Positions 10,501 to 22,900 are shown, counted from the stretch's first letter. The stretch: DNA of 22,943 bases from Piromyces finnis finn (GCA_002104945.1 MCFH01000158.1:1-22943); one strand, 5' to 3'. A program made the numbers and translations. The notes: generated from the letters alone by a model not told the origin.

Positions 10501-13005
10501 ACAATAATGACATTTCAGGAAGTAACGACGGCAATATAAATAACTTTACCTTGGAAGAAAATAATTTAAAATATAATAATTTAAAATATAATAGTGCTGA
10601 CGAAACTGAAATTTGTGAAATTAAAGAAGTGAATATAAAGAGAAATGACGACAAGAAAAATAAAAATATAAACAGTAAAGACAATTCAAATATATCAAAG
10701 GATAATAAAAGGAATAATAAATACCTGAATGCAAAAGGAAATGTTTATTTTATAGAAGAAAATTCAGACATTGTAAATAAAAATGAATTAATTGAAGAAG
10801 TATTAAAAACACCATCAGAAATGGAGATAAATGATTTAACTGGAGAAATTGACAATAATGATTTTTTAAATATCCTGAGTCCTGACATTGATTTAGGAAC
10901 AAGAAAGAAAATTGATTTTGAAAATATTGAGAGTGTCAAAAATAATATAAATAAAAATAATAGAAAAGAAATAGAAAATAATTATTCAAATGTAAAAGTA
11001 AATTATAAGAATGAAGAATATTATAAGAAAAATTACATACCTATTAATGAGAATGAAATAAGAAGAAATTTGAATAAAGAAAATATCAATATTCCTGAAG
11101 AAAAGTCCAAATTTAAAAATATTTCTGATGAAAAAGAAAGTAATTTAAATAATCAAAATAAAAAGGAATATAATTTGAGAAATTTAAAAAATAAAAATGA
11201 AATTAAAGATCCAATCAATAAAGATAAATCTAAGAAAAAATTTTTTGATAAGAAAAAGTTATTATCAAAACAAAATTTTTTGAATAAGAGAAATCTAAAT
11301 AGAAAATTAAAATCCAATAAAAATTTTAAATTAAATGAAAATCATCCACCAAAGGAAGAAAAATTCCCAAGAAAGCGGAAACTTGTTCCAAGTGAAGATG
11401 TCATAGAAGAAAAATTTAGTAAGCCACATGAACATGAACCAGAAAAGAAGAAAATTAAGGAAGTGGCGCTAACTATAGCACAAATCAAGGAGCCAAATTC
11501 CTATAATGATATATTTAAAAGAAAAGATAAGGATAAGTGGATAAAAGCAATAGAAGCCGAATTGCTAAATATGAAAGAAAGAAAAGTGTTCAAAAGAATA
11601 GATGAAGTTCCAGAAGACGCCAATATTATTGATTCAAGATGGGTATTTAAGATAAAAAGGAATAGCACTGGTGAGATAGAAAAATACAAAGCTAGACTTG
11701 TAGCCAGAGGTTTTACACAAGAATATGGAGAAGACTACAATGAGACCTTTTCTCCTACTCTAAAACAAGACTCATTAAGAATCCTAATAGGAATAGCTGC
11801 AATTAATAACTATAAAATCCATCAATTAGATGTTAAGGCCGCATATTTGTATGCAGATTTAAAGGAAGATATATATATGAAAGCACCTGAAGGAGATAAA
11901 ATGTATAAAAAAGGATTATGGAAATTAAATAAAGCATTATATGGCTTAAAACAAGCAGCAAGAGAATGGAATAACAACATCAGCAATACTCTCATTGAAC
12001 TAGGATTTCAGAAATTAGTTAGCGAACCATGCATATTTATAAAGACCAAAAACAATAAATTAGTATGTTTAGTTGGAATATATGTTGATGACATCCTAAT
12101 AACTGGTAAAAAGGAAGAAATAGATAAAACTATTAAATTAATTAAAGAGAAATATGTTATCACGGATGTTGGTGATGCAAATTTCATCATAGGAATCAAA
12201 GTAGAAACGTTAAAAGATGGGTATTTGTTACATCAAGAAAGGTATTTAAAGGATATATTACACAAATTTGGTTTAGAAAACTGCAGAGGATCAAAGACAA
12301 CTACACCAATCAAGAATGATGAACAACTCAATCAGCCTTTTGACCCTACTACTTATAGAGCTGCAATAGGAAGTCTTTTATATTTAGCCATAGGTACTCG
12401 TCCAGATATCTTATTTTCAGTAACCAAAGCATCTAGGTTCTCACAAAATCCTACTATCCAAAATTGGAAGAATGTATTACAAATATTCAAATATCTGAAA
12501 GAAAATCCTCATTATGGAATCCGTTTTGAAAGAAACTTAAATTTGAAGATTTTTGTAGATTCAGACTATGGGGGAGATGAAGAAACAAGAAAATCTACCA
12601 CTGGATTTGTATTTTTATTGGGAAATGGACCAACAAGCTGGTACTCAAAACTGCAAAAATGTGTATCAACTTCAACCGCCGAAGCAGAATATTATGGACT
12701 TTGTGAATGCTCAAAGCAAGCTCTGTGGTATAGAAATATTTTTAGTGAATTAAAATAAAGGAAGAATGCTTAAAAATCAATATGATAATCAAGCAACTAT
12801 TTACAACGCAAATAATGAAACGATTAATCCAAAGTCAAAACATATTGATATTAAGTACCATAAAGTAAGAGAATTAATTAAAGAAAATAAAATCAGTCTA
12901 GAATATATAAAATCAGAAGAAAATTTAGCAGATGGTTTTACTAAATACTTGAATAAAAATAAAATGAAAATATTTAGAGATAGTTTATTATATAAATACA
13001 AATAA
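7554..13005 (+). CDS. gag-pol: Gag-Pol polyprotein (Gag, CCHC knuckle, aspartic protease, integrase, RT, RNase H); frame disrupted at ~12752-12783
   Basis: First ATG at 7554. CYFCHQKGHTVKQC at 8436-8477; WTLDSGAS at 8730; HHCC at 9147-9218; DDE with D 9297, D 9483, E 9591 (D-35-E). RT motifs EPNSY (11490), KARLVARGF, QLDVKAAYL, LYGLKQA, YVDD (12081). RNase H motifs FVDSD (12552), AEAEY, DNQA, KHIDIKYH, LADGFTK. The main ORF stops at 12758 and the RNase H tail continues in another frame to 13005. Confidence 0.95.
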
Positions 13006-13017
13006 TGAATTTATAAC

Positions 13018-13027
13018 TTTGGGGGAG
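13018..13027 (+). promoter_or_regulatory. Polypurine tract (plus-strand primer)
   Basis: tttGGGGGAG directly upstream of the TG of the 3' LTR. Confidence 0.9.
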
Positions 13028-13262
13028 TGTGAAAATAAAATACATTCCAAAATAATATTTTATGTATTTTTTATGTATTTGTATTTTATAAAATTATAAA
13101 TTAATATTGTACTACATTTTTATTCTTTGGTTATTTTTTAATAAAAAGATTTTAAGAAAGTTACAATATTTATATTATAAAATAAATATAAATAAATAAA
13201 AGATTATAAAAACCCAAATAGTTTTATAAATAAATTTAAGTGTAAACTAAATTTATCTGACA
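13028..13262 (+). repeat. 3' LTR (235 bp)
   Basis: Identical to 7271-7505; follows the PPT and precedes the TSD. Confidence 0.97.
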
Positions 13263-13267
13263 GATAA
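13263..13267 (+). repeat. Right target-site duplication GATAA
   Basis: Matches 7266-7270. Confidence 0.92.
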
Positions 13268-13283
13268 TAATTTTAAAAAGAAT

Positions 13284-13316
<33 letters not shown>

Positions 13317-13489
13317 TAGAAATAATACAGACAATACTAAAATATAATCCTTTTTAGAATGGTAGGCATTATACTTTTCATTAACTGATTATTGTTTCTA
13401 TTTTTGAATAAAAATACTATATAAAACTTGAAAATAAAAAAAATTTATATTTATAATAATATATTAATCATTCACGATAATAACTTTTT

Positions 13490-13830
13490 TGTTGCTGTTG
13501 TGTTTTTTTTTTTTTTTTCATTTTTTGGTTTTGTTTTTTCTCTTTTTTTTACTTTTGTTTTCCTTCCCGTTTTTTTTTTTTTTTATCTTTTTAATTTTGT
13601 GTTTTTTTTTCCTTTTTCATTTTTAGATTTTTGTATATTTTTTAATTTTATTAAATTGTTTTTTTTTTTTTTTTTTAATAATAAAATTTTATTTTGTATT
13701 TTTGGTTGGGTTTTGGGAGATTATTTTATATTTATATTTTATACTTGTAATCTACTTTCTAATATTAACAACATTATAGATTTATTGTTTATATTATTTT
13801 ATAGTGTTTTTTTTTTTAAATACTAAATAT
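13490..13830. repeat. T-rich low-complexity tract
   Basis: Runs of T interrupted by single G/C/A; source of the spurious poly-Phe ORF 13428-13826. Confidence 0.7.
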
Positions 13831-14029
13831 ATAATAAAAATAATCATTGTAAAAAAAATAAAAAAATAAATTATTGAAAAAATAAATTATAAAATATTAA
13901 ATAAGATGGTTATAAATTTAATGAAATCTTTTTAATAAAAATTATATATATATTTTTTAGAATTATAAAAATTATATATATTACTATTTCATTATTATTA
14001 TTATTGAAAGATTATTTAATGATATATCA

Positions 14030-17000
14030 TTAAACAAATTCTTCAATAAATCCTTTTGGATTTCGCAGCTTAGGAAAGAATATCGGTTAATTGATCTAAT
14101 AAAGCAGACATTTGACCTTGGGTCATTTGGACATGACTTTCGGTTTCGGTAATTAAATCTGTAATTTCATTTTCAATTTCTTGTACCTTGTTTTCTAATT
14201 CAACTACCTTTTCCTTTAAGAGTTTCTTTTCTTCAATAGTGCGATTTAATTCATCCTTAATTTCCTTATTTTCCTTTTCCATATTGCTTCCTTCAGTCTT
14301 ACTCTTCATTTCAGAAAGTTGAATTTCTAATTGACTCTTTTCTTGGTTGTTTTGAGCAATTTGTTCTTCAAGTTCATGTTGCTTAGTTTCAAATTTGTTT
14401 AACATATCCATGGTGGATTGATGAGTAGAAACAAGAGCTTCTAATTCATTTTCTAAATTCTTGATACGTTCATCACGACTAGACTTGACTTGTTCAATAT
14501 GTTGTTCTAATTCCTTAATTAAAGAATTGTTTTCGTCAAATTCAAGGTTAACATTGTTATTTGAAACTTCACTAATATCTTCTGATTCTCTCTTTAAGGT
14601 CATTTCAGATTCATCAATGATAGTAGAGGCAGAAGATGAATTAGCTAATTGCTTAATTTCTTCATCAATATTAAGCTGTTGTCTCTGATAGACTTTAAAT
14701 TGCTTGATAATTGAACGTTAAAGTGAACCAAGTTTCAATGGCTCTAACTTGCTTTGAAGATCTTCGTAATCTTCATAAGTTTCATGAACTTGTTCTAATC
14801 TTGTTCAAGGCTGAAGTTCTTGTTCTTTAAGTTAGCAATTTGAATTTCATAATCATCCTTAATCTTATTAGAAGCTTCTTCTAATTCCTTCTTTTCGGAT
14901 TCAAGTGATTGAATTAATTCATTTTGCTTTTGAGCTGTAGTTTCCTTTTCTTCTTCATAACCCTTAATAGTTTCCTTTAATTCAGAAATTTCCTTTTCCT
15001 TGCTTCCTTTTCACTTCGTAATTCTTTATGTTCATTAATTCATCTATGCCTTTTGTTTTTTAATTCAGCTTCACTTTCTTCATTCATCTTAGATCAAGAG
15101 TAGCCTTCATAGCTTCGAACTTTTCCTTAAATTCTCCAATTTCAGCTTCAAAGGTTTCACGATCATTGTTAATCTTTTCTTCTAAAGCTTTTCTTTCAGC
15201 TTCCTTTTCTTCTAAAAGTTTAGCTTTTCAGCTTCTAATTCGCAATTTTTCTTCTAAGGATGGAATTCTTTTCAGCTTCTTCCTTTCTTCCTAAGAGCTT
15301 GGTCTTATCAGCTTGAGAGCAGCAATTAATCTTGAAGAGCTTTCTTTTCTTCTTCAAATGTCTTCTTATCAGAAGCTTGTGTTTAATAATTGGGCATTTT
15401 CAGATTCAAGTTGAACAGATCTATTAGCAGCTTCTAAAACTTCAGATTCATCATTCTTTTTTCTAAAAGCTTGCATTTTCAATCTTTAATAAGGCAATTT
15501 ATCTTCAATGAAATAATTTGTTCAGATAATGTTCCTTTCTTCTTGAATCTTAGCCTTTTCGGAATCAAATTCCTTTCTTTTTCAGCAATAGCAAAAGCCT
15601 TTTCAATTTCCAAGAGCATCAATCTTATCTTGAAGTTCAAAAAGTCCTTTTGGGCTTCTAAAGCACCTATCTTTTCTTGAAGTTCTTGATCCTTTTGGGC
15701 TTCCAGGGCTCATCTTTCTTTAAGTTCTTTTGATCCTTTTGACTAAAGAAGCACTCTTTCAGCTTGAAAGAGCTTCATACTTTCTTGAAGATCTCAGCTG
15801 GTTGAGCCTTTGAGCATTTCAAGTTGGTTCAGCTAAATCATCAATTTGCTTTTGTAAATCAACCTTTTCAGCTTCCAACAGCAGAAATCTTAGCATTATT
15901 TCTTCTGTCTTTGCTATTCTTGTTGTAAGCTTTCTTCTAACTTAGCCTTTTCTTGAAGTAAAGCATTGATCTTTTCCATAGTTTCTTCTTGTTCCTTTAA
16001 TCCCTTAGCCTTTTCTTGTTCTAATTGTTCTTCTAATTCCTTAGTCTTTTCATCTTGAGAACGAATACTTTGTTTGACATCATGATTTGTGATTCATGAC
16101 TTCAGAATTTCATCTTGATCTTCATCACCTGATGATAAGCCCTTGGCTGCATTATTGGCAACTTATCTTTAGTTTTCAATTTCTTCTTTAATTGGCACTT
16201 GATCCTTAATCTCACCTTTTGCTTTTCATTCATGTAAGATTCATTAATTGATTATCTTATCTTGGAAAGCATTAATTTGTTCTTGTGACTTTCTTGGACC
16301 TTCTTTATTCAGCTTCAATAGCTTCCTTTTCAGCACAGCTTCATTAAAGCAGTTTGGCCTTAGTATAATCTTTTCTAATGATTGTTGTTCCTTGACCTTT
16401 TCTTCATACTTTTCTTTGTTTTCAGTCATTTCAACTTCCATAGATTTAGCTTTTTCCTTGATTTTCAAGTTCAGCAACAAGTTCTTCATTCTTTTGGGTG
16501 AGAATTTCAATTTGACTTTCTAATTCTTTTTGAATTTGATCAGATTTTTGATTAAGATCTTGTTGTTGAGATTGAAGAGTTTCTTGAAGTTCTTGGTTTT
16601 TGTTGTTCAAGAGCTTCATACTTTTCATTTGCTTTTGTAAATTTTCGCTACTAAAGAAGAATTTCTTGCTTCTTATTTCAAGTTGTTCCTTAATTTCTTC
16701 TAATTCTTGTTCAAGGGCTTTCTTTTTTCATAGAAACTTCTGGAACATCTCTGGTTTCTTCTTCAACTTCTGGAGTAGTAGCTGGAGCAGCTTCAAAAGA
16801 GGAAACCTTTCTTCTAATCAGAAATCTTATTAACATAAGTTATATTTTGAGTTGTAAAGATGAAATAATTTCATTTAATTCATCAATCTTTAATTTGCTT
16901 TGAGCATTTTCTTCTTCTAATTGGCGACGATCATTTTCCTTTTCTTCAGCTTGTTCCTCTTCCTTGAATGATATTCTTCAACAAGTTTTTCTAAGGCTTC

Positions 17001-19592
17001 AAGCTTTTCTTTTAATGATCACGTTCAGAGGTGAGGGTTTCAATTTGTTCTCTAAGAGAAAGGATTTTTGGTTTTTGTTCTTCACAGCTCTTTTCAAGAT
17101 CTTCAATGAGAGCCTTTTGTTCCTTTTCAACAGCCTTTAATTGTTCTAATTCATTAATGGTTGTTCTTGAACATCTTCGCCAAACAGATTCATTTTCTTT
17201 AGTGATTTCACGGTTAATATCATCAAGATTTTTCTTGTGCTTTTTCTAAAAGAGCAGCGTCTTCCTTAGCTTGAACAAGTTCAGCATTAAGTTGATCTCT
17301 AGCTTCAGTCATAGCAACTAATTCATCTTGAAGTCTTGCTATTTCATTATCCTTACCTTCTAAATCTTTGGTACGTTCAGAAGAGACTTCTAAAGCTTGA
17401 GAAAGAGCTTCTTTTTCACCTAAAACTTCTTCTAATTGTTTTTGAAGCTCGGCAATTTCATTGCTCTTTGTTTCTACTTCTTGTTGGTATTTTTGTAATT
17501 GTTCCAATTCAGTTTTAGTCCTTTTCAAGATCAGCCTTGGCTTCTTCTAAAGCATCAGTAAGTTGCTTTATTTGATTTTCGGCTTCTGCCTTATCATTGG
17601 AATCAGCTTCACGAGATTCGGCTTCTTCTAATTTAGCAGAAAGTTCTTGAATCTTATTTTCAAGATCTTCGACAATTTCTGACTTGGCTTTTTTCCATTT
17701 CAGAAGACTTGGATTCGAAATCCTTTAAGGCAACACTTAAAGTATTTCTTTCATTTTCGAGAGAAGTAACTTCATCTTTAAGTTTTCCAATTTCTTCTTG
17801 AAGAATCTTTGATTCTTCGGCAAAATCATTCTTTTGTTGATCTAATTGTTCCATTAAATCAACATTGGCTTGAACTTAGCTTCATATTCCTTCTTAAAAG
17901 CTTCGAATTCTTCTTCGATAGCCTTCTTTTGAGCTTCCATTTCTTCGTATTCCTTCTTTTCATTATCAATTTCTTTCTTGGAAGCTTCAGCTAATTTATT
18001 AGCGTCTTCATTCTTTTGTTCTAATTCAACTAATTGAGTTTTTAATTCTTCAATTTCTTGTTCTTTAGCCTTCATTTGATTCTTTAATTCTTTTAATTGA
18101 GAATCTTCTTCAAATGATTTATCCTTTATTTCATTAATTTGGGTATCTCTATCAGTAAGTTGTTCTTGGACTTCTTCTAATTCTTTTCGATATCCTTATG
18201 CTTTCAGATTTTTTTGCTAATTCTTCAGAAAGAGCAGCAGCAGCACCTTTTCTTTTTCTAATGCTTCATTTGGCTTTCTTTATTCTTAGCTTCTTCAGTT
18301 AAAGCTTCAATAGTACATTCTTTTGTTGAATAGTTTCTTGTAAAGCATCAATTGAAGAAGTGGCTTCTTCATGTTCCTTAGTTAAAGTATCTAATTGATC
18401 TTTTAAAGATTTTATTTCAGATTGAAGTTTTTCAACTTCTTCTTCAGAAGTAGATGGAGCTGAGTTAGTTTCAGAAAGGGAAGAAACTTGATTCTTTAAT
18501 TCATCTTTTCCTTTCTAATTCAGAAATCTTTTGATTAAGCTTTTCTATTTCAGCTTGAAGGTCAGCAACAGTTTTTTCTTGATCTTCCTTTAATTTTTCA
18601 TATTCTTTTCCTTTAATGAAATCTTATTATTTAATTCAGAAAGAGCTGAATCATGACTACGAACTAAAGCATTCTTTTCTTTTTCCTTTCTAATAATTGA
18701 TCCTTTAATTTATTAAGTTCATTTTGAGTACTAGAAAGGTTAGTTTTCAGCCTTCTTAATTGGAAACTAACAATTTGTTCCTTTTCTTTTAATTCATTAA
18801 TTTCCTTTTCAAGATTACTAGTATCTCTGATTATTGGTTCAGAACCATCAGCTGAATTGTTATTAGACTTGGCTTCTTCTAATTCCTTTTCTAATTGGAA
18901 AATCTTGTTTTCTAATTTGGCCTTAGCTTCTTCATAAAGTTCCTTTTTACGGGATTCAGCTGGGTTAAATGAACGACTATAACTAGTTCTAATATAAGTT
19001 GAACCAGTCTTTGGTGAAGATGGTGGAGTAAAGGTTGGAGACTTTCTAGAAGTAATAGTTGAAGCTCTTGGGATATAAGCATTTTCTCTTTCTTCTTTTT
19101 CTTTTTGAGCCTTTAATTCAAAAGCTCTTAAACGACTTAAAATTTGCTTTTTCCCTGACTTCTAGTTTCTTTTGTGGCTTTTCTTCAAAAATTTTCTAAT
19201 ATTATATTTAACAATTTAAATTTATAATAATAAAATAAAATAATCATTAATACATTTATAAATTAATTATTAACCAAGCAAGCAGTAATCATGAATTTCC
19301 AACAACTATATTTAACTAATTGCATCTATTATTTTTATTATAATACATATATTTGTCTTTCTCCTTTTTTCACCGTACAATAAAAATTATTTTATATTAA
19401 AGGCTTAGGAATATAAATATAAAAAATATGACCAATAACTGCTTGATTTCTTTTTTTTTAATAATACATTATTTTAATTTAATTATTATAGAGATATTTA
19501 CCATGTAAGAATTAGATCTTGGGTGAATTGAAAACTGAAGAGTGATCAGCAGTTAAGCCACCTGAAGATTCACTACTATAACCATCAGACAT
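14030..19592 (-). CDS. Very large (~1700 aa) E/K/Q/A-rich coiled-coil protein, family not identified; many frameshifts, probably sequencing errors
   Basis: Exon 1 is 19592-19502 (MSDGYSSESSGGL..., GT donor at 19501). A TAG acceptor opens a ~5.1 kb exon at 19195. Heptad-rich ORF fragments (17854-18075, 17660-17854, 17223-17528, 16446-16628, 16244-16510, 14070-14603) tile the region in shifting frames. The called stop is at 14070, but removing one base gives ...ILPKLRNPKGFIEEFV* ending at 14030. No globular domain recognised. Confidence 0.8.
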
Positions 19593-19972
19593 TTTTTATT
19601 TATTTTTTAGCTTTTGTATTTTATATTCTTAAAAACGTTTTATATTGTATTTTTAATTTGATTAGATTCTTTTTAATATTTTGAGAAAAAATACTTTAGC
19701 ATATATGTTGTAATAAAAGTAATATTTCTCTTGTTTTTATAAAAAAGTTAATTTTTATTAAATTCTTTGAATATTTGGGAAGGTGAAAATTTTATTTCAA
19801 TTTTTTATAATTTTTGATTTAATAAATAATATTATAATTCCTTTAAAATATAGACTAATTACACCAATAAGATATAATAATTCAAGTGTATATTAAAAGA
19901 TTATAATTTAAGAAAAAAGATAGTTTTGTTTTAATTTCTAAATGTTTTTAATATATTATATAAAAAATACCA

Positions 19973-20059
19973 AAATATAAATTAGTTTATAATTAATAAA
20001 TTATTTTATTAGTTTAAATATAAATTAGTTTATAATTAATAAATTTATTTTATTAGTTT
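19973..20059 (+). repeat. Tandem duplication of a 43/44-bp AT-rich unit (2 copies)
   Basis: aaatataaattagtttataattaataaatt(t)attttattagttt at 19973-20015 and 20016-20059. Confidence 0.85.
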
Positions 20060-22399
20060 AAAATAGTATTTTTGAATTTGTTTGGAAAAAATTGTAACAT
20101 TGGATTTAATTATCTTTAAATTTAATTGGATATATTTATGAATATAATAATATATTTAAATAGTTTTTTTTTCTTTAAAAAAATTATTATATAAAATATA
20201 GTTTTAAAGTTTTCATGTGTATTATTGTTTATCATTTTGTAGGAGTAAAATAATATAATTTATCATTTCGTAGGATAAAAAATAAATTTTTAGTGTAATA
20301 TTTTCTTTAAATTTTAAGCTATTTCCTATTTTTTACTTGTTTCACAAAGTCCAAACAATAAAATATAAATAAAATTATAATAAATAAGTATATGTACGTT
20401 TTATGTATTTGTTTTGTTTTTTAAAAAAATAGATTTTCTTTAAAAATTTTCTTTTTTTAAATAAAAAAATAATGGTTTTATTGAAAAAAAGAATTAAAAA
20501 AAAAGAAGAAATGTGTATTATATTTTAATAAATATATTAAAATAGTTTTATAATTAATAATATTATTATATAATTAGATTAATTTTTTTCTAAATTTATA
20601 AAATAAAATAATAAACTATTGTTATCTATTATTTTATTTTTAGTTGTAGAAAGTACTATAATTTTATGTGAATTTAAAACAATTTAGTTTGATTATAAAA
20701 AACAAGTGAATGTGATTATATCTAATTTTTAAATTTTTATATTGTATGAATATCTATCTATACTGTATAAAAATTTTTATAGTTTATAGAATATAATATA
20801 ATAATATTACTTTTTTATTTAAATTGTTTTGAATATTATCAATTTAAAAAATTTTATCTTCTAAAAAAAATAAATATTTTAATAAGTTATTTTTATTAAG
20901 TGTGTATTTATGAATGTTTTTTTTTGTTTAACTATTGATTTTTCTTTTTTAAAGTAAAATTATATAATATTAACAGAAGTTATTCATTAATTTTATCTAA
21001 AATCTAAAAAAAATAAATAGTTTCAAGCTAGATGTTTTATTATTATTAAAACAATGTAGATTGTTATTCTAAAAAGTATATTTATGTTGTTAATTAGTAT
21101 TTATTTGTTTTTTCAAATTTTTATTATTTTATTGATTTGATGTTGTTTATTATATTTATGGTTAAATAACGATTGCTGTTGTTTAACTTTGGTTTTATTA
21201 TTACAAAAATAAAATATTAAAATACTATTAAATAACAATAATTAGTTTTTTTTTTCTGAAAAAAACTGTTGTTGATTTATTTACTATATTTAATATTTTA
21301 AAATTCAAATATAAATGTTATAATATAAACACCCTTTTGTTAATTATTGTTTTTAATTTTTTTTTTTTTTTTTTTTTTAACAAGTTGAATCTATATTTTT
21401 TATATTATTTGAAAATAGTTATATTAATCTTTTTGTTATTGATTACTATAATATTATCTAATTTTAATTCATAGACAAATCATTTCCATATATATTAAAA
21501 AAAATAAATAATATATTTTATTATATAATATCAACTTTCTTTCTATTAAAAAAAAAGTCCTCTTTTTCTTTTCTTTTTTTTAATTATTATTATTTAAAAA
21601 AAATTAAAAGAATCTATTTATAAATTAGTTTTTGTTGTGTTAAAGAGAAAAAAAAATTTTTTTTTGCTGATGCTAATTAAATAATAATTATTAAATCTAC
21701 CATAGATTAATTTATTTTTTTTTTTTAACTTGCTACACTCTTTGCTAATTTAATTATAAAATCAGTTGTTTTAGGATGGTTGTTTTTTTCTCGATAATAT
21801 ATTTAATGTATAATATAATATATTATATACATATATTATAATTATAAATTAAATTAAATATATCATCATCATCTTATTTTTTTTAACTATAAATATATAA
21901 TAATATTAATAATTATATCATAAAATTTAAACTAACCATAATTAATATATAAAAATTAAAAGGTTGTGTAATCATTATCGATTCATCCATATAATATATT
22001 TTAATAAATTGTATTACAATAACATTATCATATATTAATGTATATAAAATAATAAAATTTCATTTATTATTCATTTATATTCAAATTAAAATAATTTTTT
22101 TCATATTTTTATATTATTTCCATATATTAAATATATGATAGAATTATATTCCGAATATATTGATAAATTAATTTATAAAGTAATTTATTATATAAATACT
22201 TGATAGTAACAAATAAATTTGCAATGTGCATGAAAATATCAGTATATTCCAATATATAAAAACATATTTACTGTAGAAAACAATGCATTTAATAAATATA
22301 TAATTTAATATATTATTTAATTATGAAATGTAACATTAAAATAAATTGTATTAAATTTGTATACAATATCTAATTAAGTTTTAGAGGTTAAAAAAAAAA

Positions 22400-22900
22400 A
22401 GGCTTTTTCATTATTTCCTTACTTCTTCATCATAATACTTTATTGTTAAAATAGTGAAAGACATTGCTCAACCACAAGAATGTCTATATCTTCTTTAACT
22501 TATTTATAAGAATAAGAATTTTTGGTCTATTTTGTAATATTAATTTATGATTAGCATTTGTAAACAAATTATACTTTTTATTAGAATTTTAAAAGTATGA
22601 AATTAATTAATAAAATGATAGGAACATTAGGCTTATAAAAAAAAAGTGAGTGATGCGCTAATAAAATTTTTTAACCATTTTAAATAAATGTTGTCAATAG
22701 ACAAAAATTAAAGGGATATACAATTTCAATTTCAAATAGTAATAAACCATTTTGACAAACCATCTTCTTACAACTATTCTTTTTATTAAAATGCAAATAG
22801 TCATCAACATCAACAATATCATTTCTTTTTTTCAACTATTGCATTACTTTTATATAATTCATATCCTATTATGGAATGTTTCAGAAATGTACTTTCCCTT
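22400..22900. other. Possible degraded or frameshifted coding fragment at the window end; strand and identity unresolved
   Basis: Slightly more GC than the flanks. There are short open stretches such as minus-strand NDIVDVDDYLHFNKKNSCKKMVCQNGLLLFEIEI and an intron-like GTATAA..CTAAT..TAG segment at about 22594-22548. No recognisable motif. Confidence 0.15.

Larger units (their letters stand above)
7271..13262 (+). mobile_element. Full-length Ty1/copia (Pseudoviridae) LTR retrotransposon, 5992 bp
   Basis: Two identical TG...CA LTRs, a 5-bp TSD, a PBS, a PPT, and gag-PR-IN-RT-RNaseH domain order (IN before RT, diagnostic of copia). Confidence 0.98.

Noticed and set aside
8136-13001. Nested and antisense ORFs within gag-pol (8136-8486, 8233-8469, 10409-10684, 10745-10939, 11501-11689, 12008-12199, 12568-12753, 12801-13001)
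   Set aside because: Short shadow ORFs of an A-rich coding strand (F/L/S/I-rich), with no motifs and no env-like gene.
14461-17994. Plus-strand ORFs opposite the coiled-coil gene (14461-14688, 15471-15680, 16248-16523, 16600-16833, 17031-17249, 17336-17518, 17809-17994)
   Set aside because: Antisense shadows of GAA/AAG-rich codons.
20399-20412. Short match to the LTR (ttttatgtatttgt), possible solo-LTR relic
   Set aside because: About 14 nt in near-pure AT sequence with no extension or TG..CA ends; expected by chance.
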